A model generated the notes under the pieces. That model did no database searches. It was not told the DNA's origin and worked only from the letters and a program-made list of their open reading frames with translations. This document shows, piece after piece, positions 59,175 through 64,000 of a DNA stretch of 64,000 bases (the stretch's first letter is position 1; each line of letters starts with the position of its first letter). Position numbers and translations under genes: made by a program. This DNA is from an uncultured delta proteobacterium (GTDB lineage: Bacteria > Bdellovibrionota > FAC87 > UBA2466). The stretch covers positions 2,400,001 to 2,464,000 of the forward strand of contig CAVZSV010000004.1 in assembly GCA_963778115.1 (NCBI GenBank), read 5' to 3'.

Positions 59175-59852
59175 ATGAATCGTTCCCGAAATCAGTGGAT
59201 TACGCTGTCAGCCGTTCTTTTCATCGCTTTATTAGCCCGTATGAGCTTGGCCGATACGCTCACTTCTACCCACAAAGGAAAAGGCAAGCGCTCGCTCTCT
59301 TCGTCTTCGACAGAGTCGGTGAGTTACCCCAGCAAGAATAGCTTTCCGGTCGACCTTTCGGTCGGGCCCGACATGTTGGTTATCCCGGGCGGTGCTGGAT
59401 TCGGATTTACGATTCATGCCGTGACTCCGGTCATCCATAACGTTCCTCTCTATGTAGGTCTCGAAACGGGAATGGATTTCAACGCAGGAAATACCTTTAG
59501 CGCCATGGGTGCCGGTGCTGCCGTGGATCAAGCGGCTGCCGCAGGTCTTGGTTCTATTGGCGATAGTGCGACGGTAATGCACCTACTCGCCACGGGCGTT
59601 TACCGGTTCGATATCGTCGGTGCCAGAAAGATTCATCCTTTCGTGGGTGTCTCGATGGGGCCGGCACTTTGCTTCTGGAAGGGGCCTGCCATCGTCGGTG
59701 GTCCCGCGACCGTTCAGTTCGAAGCGTTGCTTCGAACGGGTGTTAGTTTCGATCTGACTTCGCGACTCGCCTTAAACGTCGAACCGAAAATCGGAGTTTT
59801 CGGCGGCGATTTTATGTTTAAGCCGGTCGTGGCAGCCGCATTTTCGCTGTAA
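59175..59852 (+). CDS. Outer-membrane beta-barrel protein
   Basis: Signal peptide, amphipathic strands, HPFVG, C-terminal AFSL. Confidence 0.6.
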   Translation: MNRSRNQWITLSAVLFIALLARMSLADTLTSTHKGKGKRSLSSSSTESVSYPSKNSFPVDLSVGPDMLVIPGGAGFGFTIHAVTPVIHNVPLYVGLETGMDFNAGNTFSAMGAGAAVDQAAAAGLGSIGDSATVMHLLATGVYRFDIVGARKIHPFVGVSMGPALCFWKGPAIVGGPATVQFEALLRTGVSFDLTSRLALNVEPKIGVFGGDFMFKPVVAAAFSL

Positions 59853-59880
59853 GCGAAAACCGTCACTCCATAAAAGTTTG

Positions 59881-59925
59881 AGGCACTTCGGTAAGTTAGC
59901 TTGATTTACCGGGGTGCCTTTTTTT
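59881..59925 (+). terminator. Rho-independent terminator
   Basis: AGGCAC...GTGCCT long stem followed by a T-tract. Confidence 0.85.
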
Positions 59926-60118
59926 GTCACATACTTATTTGATATCAGCTACTTGACGCATTGAGTTATTGCTGTTATATTCCTCCCACTTCAATAGCGC
60001 GTCTTTAAATTTAAAACTGAATAAGTCCGTCAGCCAAGAAACTCGTCTGCTGAGCATTCATCTCGAAATCGCGAGTGTGGGGTGCACTCGTGCGTTACTT
60101 TAATGGGGGTTTAATTAC

Positions 60119-61381
60119 ATGGGTAATCAGTTCGTGCGCAAACTACTGGTCACCGTTATTTTGATCGCGGGGGTCCTTTCAGGGGCGGCCGCCCGAGCGA
60201 ACAATGTACCGGTTGTAAGTGAATATGGCTTGCCTCTCGTTCCGCAGTTTCAACTTCCTAACGGGCAACCGGCAACGAAAGACCTTCTCGATTCGATATC
60301 CGAAATCAGTACGCTATTAAATAACGAAGTTCATCGAATGAGAATCATCGGCATTCCGCCGGAAGTTCTAAGCCAGGTTCCCAGCGTCACCGCGATGTGG
60401 GGGCTACAAGCTCAGACCTATCAATTACAAGATTCCACCGAAGGATGGACGAACGATCTCCAATCCACCGCGGATAGATTGCAGCGGCTGGGGCTTCTCA
60501 TTACCCAGAATGGCCAGGTCGATCCGAAATTCTATGGGGCCTATCGGGCTTTCGCCATCGCACTTACTAATGCGGTATTTCAGATCAGTTCCTTACAATC
60601 CAGCATCTACAAAAACTATCTGAACCAAAATGTGCCTATGCCGCACGACGCTCGAAATCTCACTTGGCAGATTCATGTGATCGTGGCGGTTCGATTGAAC
60701 CGGCTCGAGACGCTGAAATGGAATATCATCGATGCGGACAAACGCCTGTTGTTTGATCCGCCTGCCGTTCGGCACTATCAAATTGTGGCCAATAACGTCT
60801 ACCCACTTCCTCAAATTTCGCAGGGAACTCCTTACTGCTTAGCCACCTACTTGGCCAATGCAGGGGTGGTCCGTCAGGTTTATAGTGAGTACGGTCCTGG
60901 CGGGGGACAACAAGCGCAGACGCAGCCGACGTATGGTCCGGGCTATGGTCAGGGGGGAGCGACAACGCTTCCGGCCGACAATAATTATCAGATGCAGGCG
61001 TATCCTTTTATCCCGAATCAGAACAACGGGAACTGGCAGCCATATCTGCAAAACGGACACCGCCCTCAAGATTACACCGTTCCGGCGGGATATCCCAATA
61101 CGCCTCCGGCTGCGATGGCAAATTCGCCCACAACTCAAAGTGTGAACATCACCATCGCGGGTTCGGGGATTGCAGGCAACGGTAACGGGGGTGGCGGTCC
61201 AGCGACTTATCCGCAACAACAGCCGCAGCTTCAACCGGCTCAACAGCCGACACAACAGCAGCAGGCGCCGCAGCAAAGCCAGCAGCCGCAGGCCCAGCAG
61301 TCCGCGGATCCGGCGGTGAATAGCGGGGCCGTGGCTAGTGAGCCAGCACCGTTAGGCAAGCCGCAGTCGTATAAGTTCTAG
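60119..61381 (+). CDS. Secreted protein with Q/P/G/N-rich low-complexity tail
   Basis: Signal peptide (AAARA), helical N-domain, polyQ-rich C-terminus. Confidence 0.75.
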   Translation: MGNQFVRKLLVTVILIAGVLSGAAARANNVPVVSEYGLPLVPQFQLPNGQPATKDLLDSISEISTLLNNEVHRMRIIGIPPEVLSQVPSVTAMWGLQAQTYQLQDSTEGWTNDLQSTADRLQRLGLLITQNGQVDPKFYGAYRAFAIALTNAVFQISSLQSSIYKNYLNQNVPMPHDARNLTWQIHVIVAVRLNRLETLKWNIIDADKRLLFDPPAVRHYQIVANNVYPLPQISQGTPYCLATYLANAGVVRQVYSEYGPGGGQQAQTQPTYGPGYGQGGATTLPADNNYQMQAYPFIPNQNNGNWQPYLQNGHRPQDYTVPAGYPNTPPAAMANSPTTQSVNITIAGSGIAGNGNGGGGPATYPQQQPQLQPAQQPTQQQQAPQQSQQPQAQQSADPAVNSGAVASEPAPLGKPQSYKF

Positions 61382-61414
61382 TTCGCTTAGTCTTCACAGT
61401 GGTCGCGCACGAAG

Positions 61415-61459
61415 TACGGCCTTCCTTTCGGGAAACCCAAAGGGAGGCCGTATTTTTTT
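61415..61459 (+). terminator. Rho-independent terminator
   Basis: TACGGCCT...AGGCCGTA stem followed by T7. Confidence 0.85.
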
Positions 61460-61553
61460 GTCCTAGGCCTTAATCCCACTTCCCCTATTTAAAAATTCTT
61501 GTCAGGTTTTTGTACTGGTGTTTAAATTACGTTCTTTTGAAACTGGAGAACGA

Positions 61554-62147
61554 ATGAAATTCACCCGACTGGTTACCTTGGCCCTTTGTTTAACCCTTTG
61601 CCTACCCGGCTTCGCTGAAAAGAAAAAGAAGAAGGAAGTGGTTGAGGAAGGCCCCTCGCCTTCATCCAAAGTTCTCTACATGAACGAAGGCTATAAGCAT
61701 GAAATTATGCTTAACGGGTCGACTCAGTCGTTCCCCATCTCCCCTGGAGTGAGCGGCGGGAATTTGGCTTTTGGAAGTGGGACCACCTATCTCAATTTCT
61801 CCGGCGGGTATAACTATGACGTTATCCCGATCTTGCAGCTCGGAATTTTTCCGTCCATTTCCTATGTTTCCGGCGGGGGCCTGTCTGCGACAATGTTTAG
61901 TTTGATTGCCGGTCCCACGATAAACCTAAGTCTGGATGGCGATATTCAAAACGCCTTTTTCATCTCGGGGGCGGCCGGGCTTACCGTCCTTGCTTCGACC
62001 GCGGAATTTACTTTCCGGTTCGATTTAGGTAAGCGCTTCAGACTCTTCGACCACTTTTCTTACGAGCCCAGTTTCGGAGTGTTAAAAGTCTCTGGATACA
62101 GCGCCCTGTTCGTCTTTAACTTGTTGGGAGCATCGGTCCATTTCTAA
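61554..62147 (+). CDS. Outer-membrane beta-barrel protein
   Basis: Signal peptide, amphipathic strands, terminal Phe. Confidence 0.65.
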   Translation: MKFTRLVTLALCLTLCLPGFAEKKKKKEVVEEGPSPSSKVLYMNEGYKHEIMLNGSTQSFPISPGVSGGNLAFGSGTTYLNFSGGYNYDVIPILQLGIFPSISYVSGGGLSATMFSLIAGPTINLSLDGDIQNAFFISGAAGLTVLASTAEFTFRFDLGKRFRLFDHFSYEPSFGVLKVSGYSALFVFNLLGASVHF

Positions 62148-62199
62148 AAATTACGATCTGTCACTGCGTATATGGACCCCTCTCGTAGGCAAGAGTTTT

Positions 62200-62398
62200 G
62201 TTGATAGGTTGAAAGACGACTGCATGCGTATATTCGGTACGACCGGTAGACCGGCTACCATGATGGTTTCTGCGAACCCGACTGAACTAAGCGAGGCGAA
62301 GGACCTAAAAGTCCGCGCAATGACACAGGTCTCAAGTCGGGGAGTCGGCTATTGCCCATCAACTAACAGATTGCCTTCGGGACTGGAGTCCTCCTTTT
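62200..62398 (-). ncRNA. Putative bridge/seek RNA of the IS1111-type element (boundaries approximate)
   Basis: Two stem-internal-loop modules with segments matching both strands of the target site and of the donor junction. Confidence 0.8.
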
Positions 62399-63294
62399 CT
62401 ATGCCGCTTGGTGTGTTTGGGCGTGTTTGGCCATAATCGCCCACACCATGCGAGCATTCTTGTTCGCCACTGCGACGCAAGCTTTATTAAATCCTTTTTC
62501 CTTAAACTTTTTCGAAGCCCACTGGTGTATTGGGTCGTTGTGTTTATCGGCGCCCCTAACGACACTTCGACCGCCGTGAATAAGCAGTTGGCGTACCACA
62601 CAAGATCGTAACGCTATTGCAGTAATTATGCCGACACCGGATACCTTCATTAGGCTCTGCAGATCTCGTCGGCTTTAGCGAATTGGGTTAATTCCTGGTC
62701 AACAGACTTTATATCCTCGTCGACATCCTTCAATCGTCGTAAACAACGCTCGAGATATCTATTGAGTTTTGGAACCTTCGGCGGGGATTCTAAACTCAAG
62801 AAGGCTCGAACCTCGGAAATAACCTTCAATGCTCCCTGAGAGAAGCAAAGTCCGTATTCAAAAGCCATCCCTCTCATTGCATTGATTATCTCTGTCCGGC
62901 AAGCAACTAGACTTTCTCGTTCTCGCAAAGAAAGTTGCAGATTCTGATGGTCAATACTCTTTAGCGCGACTTTAGGTAGCTTCGGCCGTCTTGCGGCCTC
63001 GCAGATTGCCCAGCTATCGTTAGCATCGTTCTTGTCACCTCTTCGGTACGGTTTTACGTACTGAGGCGCAATCATCATTACTTCAATTCCCGCTTCCTGA
63101 AATTGCCGGCCCCAATAATGCGCTCCTCCACAGGCCTCGAAGGCTACTTTCTTGGGCCTGGTCTGCAAAACCAGCTCCAGCAGCTTTCTCCGTGAGACCT
63201 TCCGATCCACGAGACAACGGCCTGACTCATCCTCACCGCGCACCCAAAAAATGTTCTTTGCCAAATCGATACCCATTAAGCTAACACCCTTCAT
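62399..63294 (-). pseudogene. IS110-family recombinase: frameshift near 62652 and in-frame deletion of the catalytic-Ser region
   Basis: GIDLAK, FEACG, KNDAND (DEDD) intact; C-terminal GVGIITA joined directly to RQLLIHG; AVANKNAR present. Confidence 0.88.
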
Positions 63295-63515
63295 TGGATC
63301 CCCTTTCTTTCATTTGTTTGCAAACTACAAACTGACTCTTTGCGAGCCGTTTGGAAAGGGAGGGGTCCATACCATTGAGGAGAACGAGTCATTGTCAATC
63401 TCCTCGCAGTGGCGGAAGTACCGGGTTCTTTCTAAATGACGTTTGCGGTCGAGAACACCGTTGAGGGAAACCCAGAGGTAGGGTGCGGCGGCGGCATGGA
63501 ACGGTGCTAACCCAC

Positions 63516-63558
63516 TCTTGCGCATCCCCACGCCAAAGGGCCGTAAACCCCCAAACCC
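63516..63558. repeat. Dispersed ~46-bp repeat, copy B
   Basis: TCTTGCGCATCCCCACGCCAAAGGGCCGTAAACCCCCAAACCC. Confidence 0.7.
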
Positions 63559-63846
63559 AAAAAAAGAAAACCAATTTATCTGCCGCGCGACGGCAAAAAA
63601 ATAATCCCGGTCCGAGATCCGAAAATAAAGAGAAAAAAAACGAAAGCGCCAGCGACAGAACAATCTTCTCACTCCTCCGTCTTCATAACGGCCTCGCACA
63701 AAAGAAAGCAGGGACTCCTAGGAAGGCCCGTCTCAAATTACAGAACGAGGTCCATGCACTAGTCATCACCCAAGCACCAGCGTCGGAAGGTAAAACTTTT
63801 CCTGAGCGGAGCGACGGCACAGGTTAGACGTTCTTGAATAAACAAC

Positions 63847-63893
63847 TCTTGCGCACCCCAACGCCAAAGGGACCGTAAGCCCCCCCCAAACCC
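63847..63893. repeat. Dispersed ~46-bp repeat, copy C
   Basis: TCTTGCGCACCCCAACGCCAAAGGGACCGTAAGC(C)nAAACCC. Confidence 0.7.
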
Positions 63894-64000
63894 AAAAATC
63901 CGAGAAGAAAGAGAAAAAAAATAGGATGCGTCGGACAAATTATGATTGACACGATTCGTCAAAGAATCGGGTTATGGGAGTCATGACTTGTCCGCTGGTA

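Larger units (their letters stand above)
62168..63377 (-). mobile_element. IS110-family insertion sequence, IS1111 type, internally deleted
   Basis: Perfect 12-bp subterminal IRs TATGGACCCCTC (62171-62182) / GAGGGGTCCATA (63360-63371); DEDD recombinase; long 3' noncoding region; excision restores a perfect hairpin. Confidence 0.92.

Noticed and set aside
63430..64000. Possible CRISPR array or protein gene right of the IS
   Set aside because: Only two degenerate repeats about 330 bp apart, no cas genes, and the ORFs are homopolymer-rich and unconvincing; it may be low-quality sequence.

Overview
A 64-kb bacterial chromosomal segment of roughly 50% GC. Gene content suggests a Bdellovibrionota/deltaproteobacterial lineage (inference): DivIVA, carD/cdnL-ispD-ispF-cysS, a TPR-wHTH regulator, a PilA-like protein and PilZ. 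1-18.3 kb: surface-glycan locus with GT9-like, pyruvyltransferase-like, four GT2 and three GT-C-like membrane proteins, a Gfo/Idh/MocA oxidoreductase, an FAD oxidoreductase, a GDPD-like enzyme, a methyltransferase and a Rieske oxygenase split into two coupled genes. 18.5-32 kb: TPR-wHTH regulator, A-type cytochrome c oxidase operon, hmgA coupled to a heme-oxygenase-like metalloenzyme, an orphan Gp5/VgrG-type spike gene pair, and secreted proteins. 32-59 kb: housekeeping core (uvrC, thpR, rpsB-tsf-pyrH-frr-uppS-cdsA-dxr-rseP-phoH2, lepA-lepB, cysS/ispF/ispD/carD, maf-yggS-divIVA, aspS, hisS); lepA and carD each carry a 1-nt frameshift. 59-64 kb: beta-barrel and secreted proteins, then an IS110-family (IS1111-type) element. 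This element is the strongest finding. Its ends, circle-junction promoter, empty-site hairpin target and a 3' bridge/seek RNA can all be read from the sequence. The RNA's guide segments match both the insertion site and the donor junction, while the recombinase has lost its catalytic-serine segment. All calls are by eye; no searches were run.
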